A stretch of DNA of 61,467 nucleotides from Pseudobacteriovorax sp. (GCA_050293845.1 JBNKNM010000016.1:1-61467), one strand, 5' to 3'; shown: positions 1 to 10,038, numbered from the stretch's first letter. Numbers and translations: made by a program. Notes: a model not told the origin generated them from the letters alone.

Positions 1-713
1 AGTGGATGGTTTTAGGCAAGTTTGACTACCGAATTCTTCACAAACTTTGGAAAGAAGTACTGCTAAAAGCCATGCTAGACTGGGACAAGAAGGACTATCT
101 GGGCGAACTTTGTAAATATTTGGATAAGAGATACCCCAAGGGCTTTGTTGGTAATATCTCTGAAACTAAAGCTCCAAAAGCTCGCAAAGCCCTACTCAGG
201 TATATAGGTAAATATCTGTGTCGGCCACAGATAAGCGTCAGTCGTATCATAAGCTATAACCCAAATAGAGACGAGGTAATTTACCGCTACAAAAGCCACG
301 AGACAGGCAAGAGTGAGGTTGAAAGAGTAAATAGCCTGACCTTTATCGGTCGCATGGTCCAGCAAATCCTGCCAAAAGGCTTCAAAAGGGTCCGCTACTT
401 TGGTTTGCAGAGCATCAAAAACAGATCTAGGCTAGTAGCTAAGGTTTGCTCGGCTCTTGGAAGGCTCAATTTTGTGGGAGAAGTCATAAACCGCCAAGTC
501 AGATCTGCTAGAGCAAGCTATCAGGAAATGGTAGAAATACTATGGGGTAAAAACCCATTTGAGTGTAGTAGATGTGGTGGAAAAATGGAGTTGGTCAGGG
601 TTTGGGAGCTTCAAAAAGGTTTTGTATTCAACTTATTCAAAAGCTTATTTGGCAAAGATATTGGCCCACGGGGTGTGCTCCCCGATTTTTTATTGATCCC
701 TACCCCGAGTTAA
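1..713 (+). CDS. IS91-family (Y2/HUH) transposase, 3' part; continues from 60838 across the window junction (~421 aa total)
   Basis: YIGKYLCRPQIS, 'QQILPKGFKRVRYFG' and C-terminal CSRCGG match IS91-type transposases. In frame with 60838..61467 through the 77-nt overlap. Confidence 0.9.
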   Translation, partial: WMVLGKFDYRILHKLWKEVLLKAMLDWDKKDYLGELCKYLDKRYPKGFVGNISETKAPKARKALLRYIGKYLCRPQISVSRIISYNPNRDEVIYRYKSHETGKSEVERVNSLTFIGRMVQQILPKGFKRVRYFGLQSIKNRSRLVAKVCSALGRLNFVGEVINRQVRSARASYQEMVEILWGKNPFECSRCGGKMELVRVWELQKGFVFNLFKSLFGKDIGPRGVLPDFLLIPTPS

Positions 714-723
714 GGAGGTTTGA

Positions 724-1005
724 TTGAAAATATTCGAATTAGAAGCATCTGAACTCCCGGAAGAAGTTACCGATTTTGTTGCAGTGGAGTGTGCAAACTG
801 TGAATACGAGGGGGAAGGTAGTTTTTCTCAAAAGTATTTTCGAACCGAACCAGAAATTGAATGTGATGCTACTCACGATCAAGCGATAGAACTTCTAAAG
901 CATCTAGGATACAGTCAGTACACAGCCTTTCCGGCTGATAGCGTGATTTTGTCTGTTAGCAAGTGTCCAAATTGTGGTTCGGAGGATATAATTCGGGATT
1001 ACTGA
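724..1005 (+). CDS. Small Cys-rich putative Zn-binding protein, possible IS91 passenger
   Basis: AGGAGG RBS upstream; CxxC and CPNCG motifs. Confidence 0.6.
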   Translation: MKIFELEASELPEEVTDFVAVECANCEYEGEGSFSQKYFRTEPEIECDATHDQAIELLKHLGYSQYTAFPADSVILSVSKCPNCGSEDIIRDY

Positions 1006-1254
1006 AAAGACTTGGCATTATGCTGGGGCTAATATGTTCAGGAATACTATCTTCCCATAACAGAGGGATATTTTTTCCCAAATTTTCAAGAGCATTGCGC
1101 ATTTTTCTCGAAATGAGAGAAGGAGTTTCTTGTTTCTGTTGTAGAACTTCACGATCTTGTTTCCGACTTCGAGCAGAAACTTAAAATTAATTTGAATTTC
1201 TTGGCTTATTGATCCATACCTAGTCCTTAGAGTAGCAACTTGGGAAGAATAATT

Positions 1255-1974
1255 ATGGATTTTAGTAACTTAGAGGTTAAAAGAATAGATCATCATGGCA
1301 TAGTTGCTGGAGTTATTCATGATCTTGGCATAGCCTCTTCCATTGATGAGCTAATTGGTACTAGTTCAAATGAAAACATTTCAGTTGGTGAAGCAGTAAG
1401 TGCAATGATCATAAATGGACTTGGTTTTACCGATCAACCTCTATCTCTCACCGAAGAATTCTTCGCACAACTCCCCACAGAGACTCTTATAGGCGAGGGA
1501 GTCAGCCCTGATTCTCTAAATCGCCATAGGCTTGGTCGAGCTCTAGATTCTGTTTTTTCCTATGGGACAAGCGAGATATTCGGTGAATTAGCAAAAAGAG
1601 CAGCCATAAAAGATCAGGTGGACGTTTCGCAATTAGCACTGGATACAACGAGTTTCAATGTCACAGGGGAGTATGACGATGAATATGATTCGGGTGCTAT
1701 TGAAGTAGTTCATGGTTACTCGAAAGATCATCGTCCTGATTTAAAACAAATTGTTACTGAACTTATAGTAAGTCACGATAGTGGCATCCCACTAGTGTTT
1801 AAGGCACACAGCGGAAATAAAAGTGATAATGAAATATTTAAGCAAAGATGTAAAGATATCGTTAATCATTTCAAGGAAAACAGCGATTCACTTTTAAGCG
1901 CAGATTCTAAACTATATAATAAAGAAAACGCTGAAAATCTCAAACAGATTAACTTTATAACTAGAAAGAGCTAG
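1255..1974 (+). pseudogene. IS1634-family transposase, truncated (N-terminal half only)
   Basis: DHHGIVAG...AMIINGLGF...LGRALD...DTTSF...GYSKDHRPDLKQ are IS1634 motifs. Stops at ~240 aa, and I see no continuation. Confidence 0.85.
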
Positions 1975-2207
1975 CTCGGGTAAACAGGTATGTGCTCCCG
2001 CCGACATTTCCTTCTTTAAAAGTTAGTTAGATTAATATCTGCAATTAAATTCTGTTCGTACACTCCTATTCAGTGCTTTCACGGCTTATTCCCTATCCAT
2101 ATTTATATCCTCTGCCTCTGCATTACAGATAGCAAAGAAGTTCTTTGATTACGAATAATTCATAGAGGCATTGCGTGGCATGTATTTGATTTCCTCTATA
2201 GTCTTGC

Positions 2208-2366
2208 CAAAAAATTGGTAGGCATCGGTCATCGAATTTACCAATAAAGTGGTAGGCTCTAACAATAAATTGGTAGGTTGCCTAACAATAAATTGGTAGA
2301 TTGTTGCCAATAAAGTGGTAGGCGGTTACCAATAAAGTGGTAGGAATATATCAATAAATTGGTAGG
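2208..2366 (+). repeat. Iteron-like array, 7 copies of CAA(T/A)AAA(G/T)TGGTAG(G/A), followed by an AT-rich tract (candidate replication origin)
   Basis: Copies start at 2208, 2242, 2263, 2286, 2308, 2330, 2352 (mostly 22-bp period). AT-rich GTTAAAT-like repeats at ~2410-2475. Confidence 0.85.
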
Positions 2367-2868
2367 TAATGTTCGAAAAATCTATTGATTAAAGGTATTT
2401 ACAGCGCTCTTAAAATTAAAACAGTTAAATGGTTAAATGAATATATAAATAATATTGGGTAAACTGGTTAAATAGAGATTGTGCATCGAGTAGAAAATGG
2501 GCTATCAAAATAAGTAGGCCGAAAATGGTGCTCTGTGACAATGAATTCTTTCTTTAGATTTTCAAAAAAACTGCCTACCACTCAGACTTTTTTTCTTTTC
2601 ATCATGATGAGCTTATGTTTGAATCAGCTAGCAAAAGGAAAGCCTTTTCTCAGAAAGGAGTTCACACATGATATTTAATTCTACCGAAACTAATCCACTG
2701 TTTATCTCATCCTATGATCCTCTTTTATCCTTCTGGGATTTTGCTATTAAGGTAGGCAGTCCATATGGACTGCTGATCTCCAAAAAGAAGTTTCAGCGAA
2801 AGCTGTTGTTTCATAGTTGCTATAACGGGGGTGATGCTAGTTACTGTATCACCTCCAGTATTTAAAAA

Positions 2869-3117
2869 GTGAAAATGATGATGGAAAGTAACCCCCTAGA
2901 AAATAGAGTTGTGATTGTTGATAAATTGCTGAGGGAATTAGCATATGTCAGATACGGCACATATATTGGTCGTAAGGTAAATCCTACTACTAATGGCTTG
3001 GAACCCATTATCAAGCTTGATAATGGTGAAAATGTCTGGGCTAAAGAATTATGGTGGGGTCTTGAATATACGATGAACATGATACTAAGAAATTATAGAT
3101 TTAAGCAAGTAGCTTAA
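2869..3117 (+). CDS. Hypothetical protein
   Basis: ORF track; followed by a GC-rich hairpin at ~3134-3157. Confidence 0.5.
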   Translation: MKMMMESNPLENRVVIVDKLLRELAYVRYGTYIGRKVNPTTNGLEPIIKLDNGENVWAKELWWGLEYTMNMILRNYRFKQVA

Positions 3118-3184
3118 GATTTTTGTACTCTTAGGGTAGCCCCACTGGGGCTTACTCAATTTTTTTAAGAAAAAAGGTTAATGA

Positions 3185-3463
3185 ATGAAACTAGCAGAAA
3201 AAATAAATATTACAGAAATATTTTTAAGTGATTTAGAACGGTTCAAAAATAGTATCGCTCAAAAAAATTATAAAGATTTTTCTAAATCACTTGACTCGAT
3301 GAAAAGTAGCATTCAGCAAATTAATGCTGAAGATTTTTTTACATTTTTATCAAGCTCCAATTCACGTGGGCATGATGAAGTATCAAGAATATATGGTTGC
3401 AATCAATCAGGTAGTGGATTTGATTTTGAAAGGGATATGGGACGTCAAATGTCAGTGTATTAA
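3185..3463 (+). CDS. Hypothetical helical protein, possibly frameshifted into 3324..3515
   Basis: ORF track; overlaps a second ORF across a T7 run. Confidence 0.4.
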   Translation: MKLAEKINITEIFLSDLERFKNSIAQKNYKDFSKSLDSMKSSIQQINAEDFFTFLSSSNSRGHDEVSRIYGCNQSGSGFDFERDMGRQMSVY

Positions 3464-3643
3464 GTCTCTTTCGAATCAATTACCCGCCATACCTTGCTGC
3501 ATCTATATTCTTTAACTGGCTCTAATTGCCAGACACCTAAAATTACATATTTCTGGGGCTGCGCTAGCAGATCTAGTTTCATTCATTAAGGGGCGGTGAA
3601 CTCCTTATTTTCACCGCTCCTGGTTGTGATAGCAGGGATTATT

Positions 3644-4219
3644 ATGGAACAGAAAAAAACACCAATGCTTTACGCTGCACAGGCGTTAACTCGGTTTATA
3701 GAAGCAGTTGAAGAAGCTGATCAGCAAGGCGATGAACTCACCAAGAATTTCATAAAAGAATTTGAAGAGGCCCACTTAGAGGCTCAATACGGCGTAGATC
3801 GCCGTATTGCAGTATTAGAACGATTCAAAGGCGAAATAGAATTTCTAAAGCAACAAAAGAACAAAATTGAAAAGTACATGAAGGCCGTTAAAAATCTAGA
3901 GGCCAATCTGAAAGAAGATACAAAATACATCATGGAAGCAAACCCAGGCTTTAAGTACCGCGGTGAGTTGGGGCGACTGGCGCTACAGAGGTCACCAGAA
4001 AAGGTGGAAATTGATCTTGATACCGAAACTAAGTACTTGAGTAATTGCATTCCAGAGGAAAGTGAATCCCTCAAAAACATCCCAGATGAGTTTCTTGTAA
4101 AAACGGTGATCTTACAACTGAATCGCGAAGCCATTAAAGCTTATCTGTCCAAGGAGGGAGCGGTATTGCCATGGGCACGTACCATTCAAGATAAGCACAT
4201 ACGTATCTACAGAGCTTAG
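3644..4219 (+). CDS. Siphovirus Gp157-like (Gam-like) coiled-coil protein
   Basis: Long coiled coil, '..L.L.RSP..V.I...IPDEF...LNREAIK..L', C-terminal 'HIRI'; upstream of an AAA recombination ATPase. Confidence 0.7.
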   Translation: MEQKKTPMLYAAQALTRFIEAVEEADQQGDELTKNFIKEFEEAHLEAQYGVDRRIAVLERFKGEIEFLKQQKNKIEKYMKAVKNLEANLKEDTKYIMEANPGFKYRGELGRLALQRSPEKVEIDLDTETKYLSNCIPEESESLKNIPDEFLVKTVILQLNREAIKAYLSKEGAVLPWARTIQDKHIRIYRA

Positions 4220-4228
4220 GAGGAGTAA

Positions 4229-5296
4229 ATGCAACTTAGACCAGCGTCAAGGAAAAAAACTAAGTGCAAGGCATCAATGGCTGGAATTGCTGGATCTGGT
4301 AAATCATTCTCGTCCTTGAAAATGGCGAGAGGGCTTACAGATTCTTGGGAAAAAATAGCAGTAATCGATACCGAGAACTCCATCGATAAATACGCTGATC
4401 GCAGCGATTTAGGCCCTTTCCAGGTGATTAACCTTGCAGAAGAGAAGGATGATAATCGGTATAGCCCAGCATCTTTCTGTCGAGCTATAGATGTCTGTAT
4501 TCAAGCGGGAATGGAAGTAATTATTCTCGATTCTGCGACTCACGTGTGGCACTGGTGTTTAGAGAATAAAGGAAACGGTGACGAGTTCAGGGCTTGGAAC
4601 AAGGTTACTCCCTTATATAATAAATTTGTCCGTAAGATCGCCGAGGCACCTGTCCACATCATTTGTTGTATGCGTCGAAAGTCAGAGTATGTTTATCAAG
4701 ATGGTGGCAAAAACAGAAAGGGTAAGTTTGAAAAGGCAGGGTTGAAAGCAGAGATGCGGGAAGGTTTTGAATATGAAATGGATGTAGCGTTTACTCTTGA
4801 CCATCAACACTTAGCATCAGTCGAAAAAGATCGTACATCTCTTTTTATTGATAAGCCTGATTTCATTATCAATGAAAAGGTTGGCCATGAGCTCCGCAAA
4901 TGGTGTGATGTTGAAAGCAAGTTTGATACTAGCGATGAAAATCTAGTCGCTGCCATTAGAGCAAAGATTAAATCAGCAGGAATTGGCTCAGAAGAGGGCG
5001 ATGAATTCATAGAAAAGCTACATGGCGTACCAACAACAGAAGCCCGTAAGATGCTAGCTCAGTTCCTATCAGAAGGAAAATCTGAACCTAAGCGTCAACC
5101 ACACACATTCTACAAAGATGATAATAGCGCCCTACAAAGCTTGTGGAGAAAGCTAGATGCCATGGGAATTCATAAAAGCCACTGGGACAATATCGTAAAT
5201 GCACTCGATGGAACGTCAAACAGCGAGTTTGGCGAAAGATTAAAAGTACTAGTTGATGGTATTGAAGAGGAGAAAAGTGCTGCAGCTGCAAGTTAA
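4229..5296 (+). CDS. AAA_24/Sak4-like phage recombination ATPase
   Basis: Walker A GIAGSGKS; 'KIAVIDTEN', 'VIILDSATH', 'REGFEYEMD', 'KDRTSLF'. Confidence 0.85.
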   Translation: MQLRPASRKKTKCKASMAGIAGSGKSFSSLKMARGLTDSWEKIAVIDTENSIDKYADRSDLGPFQVINLAEEKDDNRYSPASFCRAIDVCIQAGMEVIILDSATHVWHWCLENKGNGDEFRAWNKVTPLYNKFVRKIAEAPVHIICCMRRKSEYVYQDGGKNRKGKFEKAGLKAEMREGFEYEMDVAFTLDHQHLASVEKDRTSLFIDKPDFIINEKVGHELRKWCDVESKFDTSDENLVAAIRAKIKSAGIGSEEGDEFIEKLHGVPTTEARKMLAQFLSEGKSEPKRQPHTFYKDDNSALQSLWRKLDAMGIHKSHWDNIVNALDGTSNSEFGERLKVLVDGIEEEKSAAAAS

Positions 5297-5570
5297 TAAA
5301 AATGGTTCTTACAAGATCCTATACGGAGATAAGGAGTATCTTTTGTTGAAAGATGCTGCAGAGCTGATTGGTTGCAACCTGAAAGCCTTGGCGCGACAAG
5401 TTTCCGGGGTCAGGGAGGAGAATAAAACGAGCCTTAAATTCATGAAGATGGCCGGGATAATCCACCCTAACACGAGTTCGGTATTACTGGTTGCCAGAGA
5501 AGAAATTGAAAGATTTTTAACAATCGACCGGCGAGAAAAATTTGATTCCGTTTTTAATGAAGTGTCGTAA
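5253..5570 (+). CDS. Small putative HTH DNA-binding (excisionase-like) protein
   Basis: 'YLLLKDAAELIGC...LARQV' and 'LVAREEIERFL'; start uncertain. Confidence 0.45.
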   Translation: MMVLKRRKVLQLQVNKNGSYKILYGDKEYLLLKDAAELIGCNLKALARQVSGVREENKTSLKFMKMAGIIHPNTSSVLLVAREEIERFLTIDRREKFDSVFNEVS

Positions 5571-5580
5571 GGGAGACAAA

Positions 5581-6363
5581 ATGGCAAATCTAGTACAAAT
5601 TGACTTTGTGAATCCTAAGCCTATCAAGTTAGACGATCAGGTCAATCTAAAGGATATTTTTAATATCTTAATTGAAAAAGGAGCGGTATCAGAACGTACA
5701 AAGTACGCTCATTGGATTGAGAATAAACTCAGGTACTACACTGAAAATGTTGACTATTATACGAGTGCTAAAAAAAGCACCCGTAACGGAGCTCGTGGGG
5801 CTACCATTGAAAGAGTTCATTCGACAACAATTCAAGTTGCAATGGAAGTAGTAGCCAACGGTCATAAAGAAGCTGGCCATCAGATGCGCCGTTATCTTAC
5901 TGAATGCCTACGCATGACCATGAATAGACCAGCTGCAGGTAAAGGCAGGGCCGAGCTACTTCTCGAAGCTGTGGCACTATTAGCTGAGCAAGAGCGTAGG
6001 CTAGAGGAGCTCCGCGAGCAGACTCCACGCCTAGTCGAACAGAAGATAGAAGAGGCCTTTCAGGATAAATATGCCTTCCCTGAAGACTGTATGCGCATCG
6101 GTGAGATCGTATCAACTTTTTTCCCTGGAGTTGCTAGGGACAAGGTTCTCAACTTTCTGAACAATATAAAACATCCCAGAGGGAGCCATACTCACATCGA
6201 TGACAATGGCCTCCGCACGGTCTCCCACCCATTTAAGCGTGAAGGGCTCCAGGAGCTGTCAGAGGCTTTCTTTGAGGAGCGTGAGTTCGTGAAAGAAACT
6301 GAAAAATCTTATTTCTGGTACCACCCCATGGCAGGAACGATGAGAGAAAGTAAGTGGGTTTAA
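5581..6363 (+). CDS. AntA/AntB-type phage antirepressor with extra C-terminal domain
   Basis: 'YAHWIENKL..Y.ENVDY', 'H.TT.QVAME', 'GHQMRRYL'; GGGAG RBS before ATG 5581. Confidence 0.75.
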   Translation: MANLVQIDFVNPKPIKLDDQVNLKDIFNILIEKGAVSERTKYAHWIENKLRYYTENVDYYTSAKKSTRNGARGATIERVHSTTIQVAMEVVANGHKEAGHQMRRYLTECLRMTMNRPAAGKGRAELLLEAVALLAEQERRLEELREQTPRLVEQKIEEAFQDKYAFPEDCMRIGEIVSTFFPGVARDKVLNFLNNIKHPRGSHTHIDDNGLRTVSHPFKREGLQELSEAFFEEREFVKETEKSYFWYHPMAGTMRESKWV

Positions 6364-6409
6364 AGCTCACTCCACAAAAAAGTGGAACGAGAGAACAAAA
6401 GGATAATCA

Positions 6410-6817
6410 ATGGCATCAGTAAATAAAGCAATACTTCTAGGGAACCTAGGGCAAGATCCTGATTTAAGATATACACCAAGCAGTGCAGCTGTTTGTACTC
6501 TTAATATCGCAACAACTGAAGTTAGCAAGGATTCCAGGGGTAACAAACATGAAAATACGGAATGGCATAGAGTAATCGTTTGGAATAAGATGGCCGAGAA
6601 TTGCGCTAAATACCTTTCTAAAGGCAGTTCCGTTTATATTGAGGGACGCATCCAAACTAGAAGCTGGGACGATCAGCGAGGCGAGAAGAAGTATTCAACG
6701 GAAATAGTAGCTAGCAGCATGCAGTTTCTTTCCTCAAACAATAAAGGACAGAATCAACAAAATCAGGAACCAAGTCAATCGTCATATGGAGGAACTGATG
6801 ATGACTTGCCGTTTTGA
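6410..6817 (+). CDS. ssb: Single-stranded DNA-binding protein
   Basis: SVNKAILLGNLGQDP, TEWHRV, KGSSVYIEGRIQTRSW, acidic DDDLPF tail. Confidence 0.97.
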   Translation: MASVNKAILLGNLGQDPDLRYTPSSAAVCTLNIATTEVSKDSRGNKHENTEWHRVIVWNKMAENCAKYLSKGSSVYIEGRIQTRSWDDQRGEKKYSTEIVASSMQFLSSNNKGQNQQNQEPSQSSYGGTDDDLPF

Positions 6818-6940
6818 TTTTCATAGGCATTTAACCAGGAGAAAGTGAGGCAGAATGGACTAAGCTACGACAATAGAGAAGCCATAATAAGTGAAATTTC
6901 AGAGGAGCTTCGGCGAGCTCCTCACTAATCAGAGGGTGGG

Positions 6941-7219
6941 GTGATGATAACTTACAAGCAACTGGGAAAGCTCAATCAAACATTTGAATCTCTAGATCAG
7001 GAAGCGGCATTAACTCTAACTGATCAGGAGCTTAAGGATCGTATTGTTGATTTGGATAAAAAGCTCAAGTTAGTGAATGAGTCGAAAAAAGAGTATAACG
7101 ACGAGTGTAAAAGCTACGTTAAGAAAATTAAAGATCAGAAAGATTTCCTCCATGATGTTCGCTCAGGGGAGATGCCCTCAAATAAAACTTTCAAACTAAT
7201 GGATGGGGGCAACCAATGA
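6941..7219 (+). CDS. Hypothetical coiled-coil protein
   Basis: ORF track; ATGA overlap with the next gene. Confidence 0.55.
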   Translation: MMITYKQLGKLNQTFESLDQEAALTLTDQELKDRIVDLDKKLKLVNESKKEYNDECKSYVKKIKDQKDFLHDVRSGEMPSNKTFKLMDGGNQ

Positions 7220-7533
7220 GAGACCAACACAATATTCTAGTTCCTGAAATTGAATTCAACAACTTGCGCGCTTATGTTCGGAACCACTATGATGTAGTGC
7301 CACTTAAAGGGCCGCTGGGGCTTCATGTCACGAGCTATCGGCAAAAAACTGAGAATAGCTCTAAGGATTATGCAGACAGCAAACCTCATACTACAGAGTA
7401 CATAAAGCAGGTCAGACAAGCGCTGAAAGATATTTTATGGGTGAACGGAGCTCATATCGTGGATGAGCACTGTGTCAAATATTTTACTGATGGGATACCG
7501 AGGGTCGAAATCAAAGTATGGAAAATGAAGTAG
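7216..7533 (+). CDS. RusA-like resolvase fold, apparently degenerate
   Basis: 'PLKGPL.LHV...KP....YIK.V..AL..ILW.....IV.....KY.....PRVEIKV' follows the RusA layout, but the catalytic Asp residues appear substituted. Confidence 0.6.
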   Translation: MRDQHNILVPEIEFNNLRAYVRNHYDVVPLKGPLGLHVTSYRQKTENSSKDYADSKPHTTEYIKQVRQALKDILWVNGAHIVDEHCVKYFTDGIPRVEIKVWKMK

Positions 7534-7736
7534 TAAAAGTAGTGAATGCAGTACCAGGGGGATGGTGGGGAATTATTCCAACAGCATTGACTATGGTCTG
7601 GGGATTTTCGCGGCTAGTGGTTAGGGATATTGTGCGGCAAGAAACAGCGGGGATGAGCAAGCGAATAGGGGAGTTGTCAGAGAGTCTAGCTGCCTTAAGG
7701 AATGAGCTAAAGGTTAGATTTGAGAAGAAGGATTAG
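7518..7736 (+). CDS. Small membrane-anchored coiled-coil protein
   Basis: One hydrophobic segment followed by a coiled coil. Confidence 0.5.
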   Translation: MENEVVKVVNAVPGGWWGIIPTALTMVWGFSRLVVRDIVRQETAGMSKRIGELSESLAALRNELKVRFEKKD

Positions 7737-8526
7737 CGAATTGAGCATTGAAAAACTAGAAATAAACAAAAAGAAAATAACGCTCAATGGGAAAGAGGCT
7801 CTTGTCCAGATCATTTCCATGGGTGAAGAGGATGGGTTGACGGTCCCTCAGCTTGCTGAGTTGCTAAATACCTCAGACCAAAACGTCAGGAAAAGGGCAA
7901 ATGAGCATGCCATATGCACGGTACCCATAGTACCGAGCATCCGAAAAACGCTATTAAAACACAATATTATACCAATCAAGACTAGTAAGGTCTTGTTTGT
8001 TCCGCGAGACTCGATTTCCGCGCTTATAAAAGTAATTAATACCCCAGAAGCCTGGGCAGTGTACTACCAACTATGGGATGATGCAGCCGAGTTAATTAGC
8101 CTAAAGCAGGATCTTGCTAAGGTTAAGGAGGAAAACTTAGAACTGGAATCTAGAATCTCATTCATGGCAGCCGAGATCGAAAGCTTAAAAAATCCTCCTC
8201 CTAAGAAAAAGCGGTCCTATAAAAACCGAGTGCACACAGCGACAATAACCAAACAGAATCTTTTCGGTGGCCAGGAGGTCGAACATATTTACGAGACTAT
8301 TCCGCCGAAGAAAATGTCACCAGAGCAAAAGAAAGCATATAAGACCCAGCATTCGGCAAGAACAATGGAAGGAATAGCAAACCGACTTGCTAAAGAAACT
8401 GAAGAGCTTGGTGGTTGGTTGTTCGATCAGGCCAAGAAAACACATGTTTGCGCATCGAGGCTGAAGTCGGGTCTGCTACCCCCAGAGGGTAAGCATTTTG
8501 TTAAACAGGATATTCCTAGGACTTAA
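7720..8526 (+). CDS. Putative DNA-binding protein (N-terminal HTH-like region, coiled coil; antirepressor-like)
   Basis: 'LTVPQLAELL......VRK', 'LIKVINTPEAWAVY.QLW'. Confidence 0.55.
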   Translation: MRRRISELSIEKLEINKKKITLNGKEALVQIISMGEEDGLTVPQLAELLNTSDQNVRKRANEHAICTVPIVPSIRKTLLKHNIIPIKTSKVLFVPRDSISALIKVINTPEAWAVYYQLWDDAAELISLKQDLAKVKEENLELESRISFMAAEIESLKNPPPKKKRSYKNRVHTATITKQNLFGGQEVEHIYETIPPKKMSPEQKKAYKTQHSARTMEGIANRLAKETEELGGWLFDQAKKTHVCASRLKSGLLPPEGKHFVKQDIPRT

Positions 8527-8685
8527 GTACTCTGAGTACCGAAGCCTATGGAAGTATGTAGGAGTATTACAGAAAATGTTACAAGTCATAGCCATAGTAT
8601 TTATTGCGATTGTAATAGCGTTGATCATAGTTGCCGAGCGTAGAAGGAACACCAGTCTTCGTGATTATAATAAAAAGAAGACCAA

Positions 8686-9114
8686 ATGACCAAAATTGAC
8701 ACCAAATACTTAAAGGAAAAGTTAAGCTTATCGCAACAAGTGTGGATTTTGAAAGGGAAAGATAGTTTTTCTATTCCAGTTAGAATGGTTCAATATTATC
8801 AGTATTTTAATTTTAATAGAGCAAACCATCGAGAGGAAAACAAAATGATTAAAGTCCATTACTCAGTAGGTACTGAAGTCGATTTCGAAGATTCAATTGA
8901 AATCAAAACTAAATTCGATTTGTCAGATCTTGAATGGATTGCTGAGGATTGCGCCAAAGATTACGAGAACAACTATGACGGATGGGAAGATAGTTGGCCG
9001 ATTGAAATGATTTTATATTCAACTGATGGAAAAGTTCTTGGTAAATTCGAGGTAGAAAAAGAGGATCATCCAGCGTTCTCAGCTTCTCATAAGGAAAATG
9101 GCGATGTTGATTAA
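8686..9114 (+). CDS. Acidic phage hypothetical protein (true start may be ATG 8845)
   Basis: 'AEDCAKDY...DGWEDSWP...GKFEVEKE..P.FSA'; GAGG upstream of 8845. Confidence 0.55.
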   Translation: MTKIDTKYLKEKLSLSQQVWILKGKDSFSIPVRMVQYYQYFNFNRANHREENKMIKVHYSVGTEVDFEDSIEIKTKFDLSDLEWIAEDCAKDYENNYDGWEDSWPIEMILYSTDGKVLGKFEVEKEDHPAFSASHKENGDVD

Positions 9115-9454
9115 TGAATCCATCGATTATCTCAACGAAGAGTATAATAGAGCATACGATTTCCCAGAAGATTGCATTCGATTTGATGAACTCTGTGAAA
9201 CATACTTCCCTGGCATCTCAAAGAACAAGGTTAGAAAATGGTTAGCAGACCATCCTCGTGGGGTTCACGCACATCAAATTGGACGAAGAATAATTTCCAC
9301 TCATCCTTATAAGAAAATGGGACTTAAGGAAGCAGCTGACAGGCTTAGAAAAGAGAGACTGATCACAAGAGAAACCGAAAAATGTATTCATTATTTCCAT
9401 AAGGAAATTGGAATTTTTAAAGTTAACAAAAAGTTAAAATTTGAGGTGATATGA
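9098..9454 (+). CDS. Stand-alone paralog of the C-terminal domain of antirepressor 5581..6363
   Basis: Shared Y.FPEDC.R..E...T.FPG....KV...HPRG.H.H...S.HP.K..GL.E...ER....ETEK. Confidence 0.75.
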   Translation: MAMLINESIDYLNEEYNRAYDFPEDCIRFDELCETYFPGISKNKVRKWLADHPRGVHAHQIGRRIISTHPYKKMGLKEAADRLRKERLITRETEKCIHYFHKEIGIFKVNKKLKFEVI

Positions 9455-9651
9455 GTTACAAGATACTGAAATACTTTGCATACAAACATTTGCCTGAACA
9501 CCTACAGAGGGTGTCGGAACCATTTTGTAAACTTGCTTACGATGTCGCCAATATTTATGGTGATGAGTTCGAAGTCAAACAGTCGCTGCGCAAGCTATTA
9601 GAGGCTAAGGATTGCGCGGTTAGAGCTTGTTTGCAAAAGGGGGCTTCTTGA
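9451..9651 (+). CDS. Small helical-hairpin phage protein (Acb2-like fold candidate)
   Basis: ILKYFAYKHLPEHLQ.VS.PF..LA ... LRKLLEAKDCAVRA; GAGG RBS. Confidence 0.7.
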   Translation: MSYKILKYFAYKHLPEHLQRVSEPFCKLAYDVANIYGDEFEVKQSLRKLLEAKDCAVRACLQKGAS

Positions 9652-9983
9652 AAGTAAGAAGTGCAAAAGCTAAGGGGCAAAGGGCAGCCAAAGAACTAAA
9701 GGATATCTTATTGAAACGATATCCTCAACTAACTGAAGATGATATTAGAGTAACGCCGTCAGGCGTGAATGGTCCAGATCTTCATTTAAGTCCGGCAGCG
9801 AAAGAGTATCTGCCTTTTTCGTTCGAGGTGAAAAACCAAGAAAAACTCAACGTCTGGGAGGCGCTGAGTCAAGCGCAGTCACATATTAAAGACGACGAAA
9901 TAGCAGCACTGGTTTTTAAACGTAATCGCAGTAGAACCTATATTACAATGCTACTCGATGACTTTTTAGAATTAACGGCTTAA
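9627..9983 (+). CDS. PD-(D/E)XK Holliday-junction resolvase-like nuclease
   Basis: SAKAKG..., G..GPD, 'FSFEVKNQE', 'LVFKRNRS'; real start probably ~9648. Confidence 0.8.
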   Translation: MFAKGGFLKVRSAKAKGQRAAKELKDILLKRYPQLTEDDIRVTPSGVNGPDLHLSPAAKEYLPFSFEVKNQEKLNVWEALSQAQSHIKDDEIAALVFKRNRSRTYITMLLDDFLELTA

Positions 9984-10038
9984 CTGAATACGCTGGTAAA
10001 TAGCGTTAATTTATAACAATTTTTGGAGAATGTAATTA

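Noticed and set aside
2208..2366. Mini-CRISPR
   Set aside because: Intervening sequences are mostly only 6-8 nt; fits iterons
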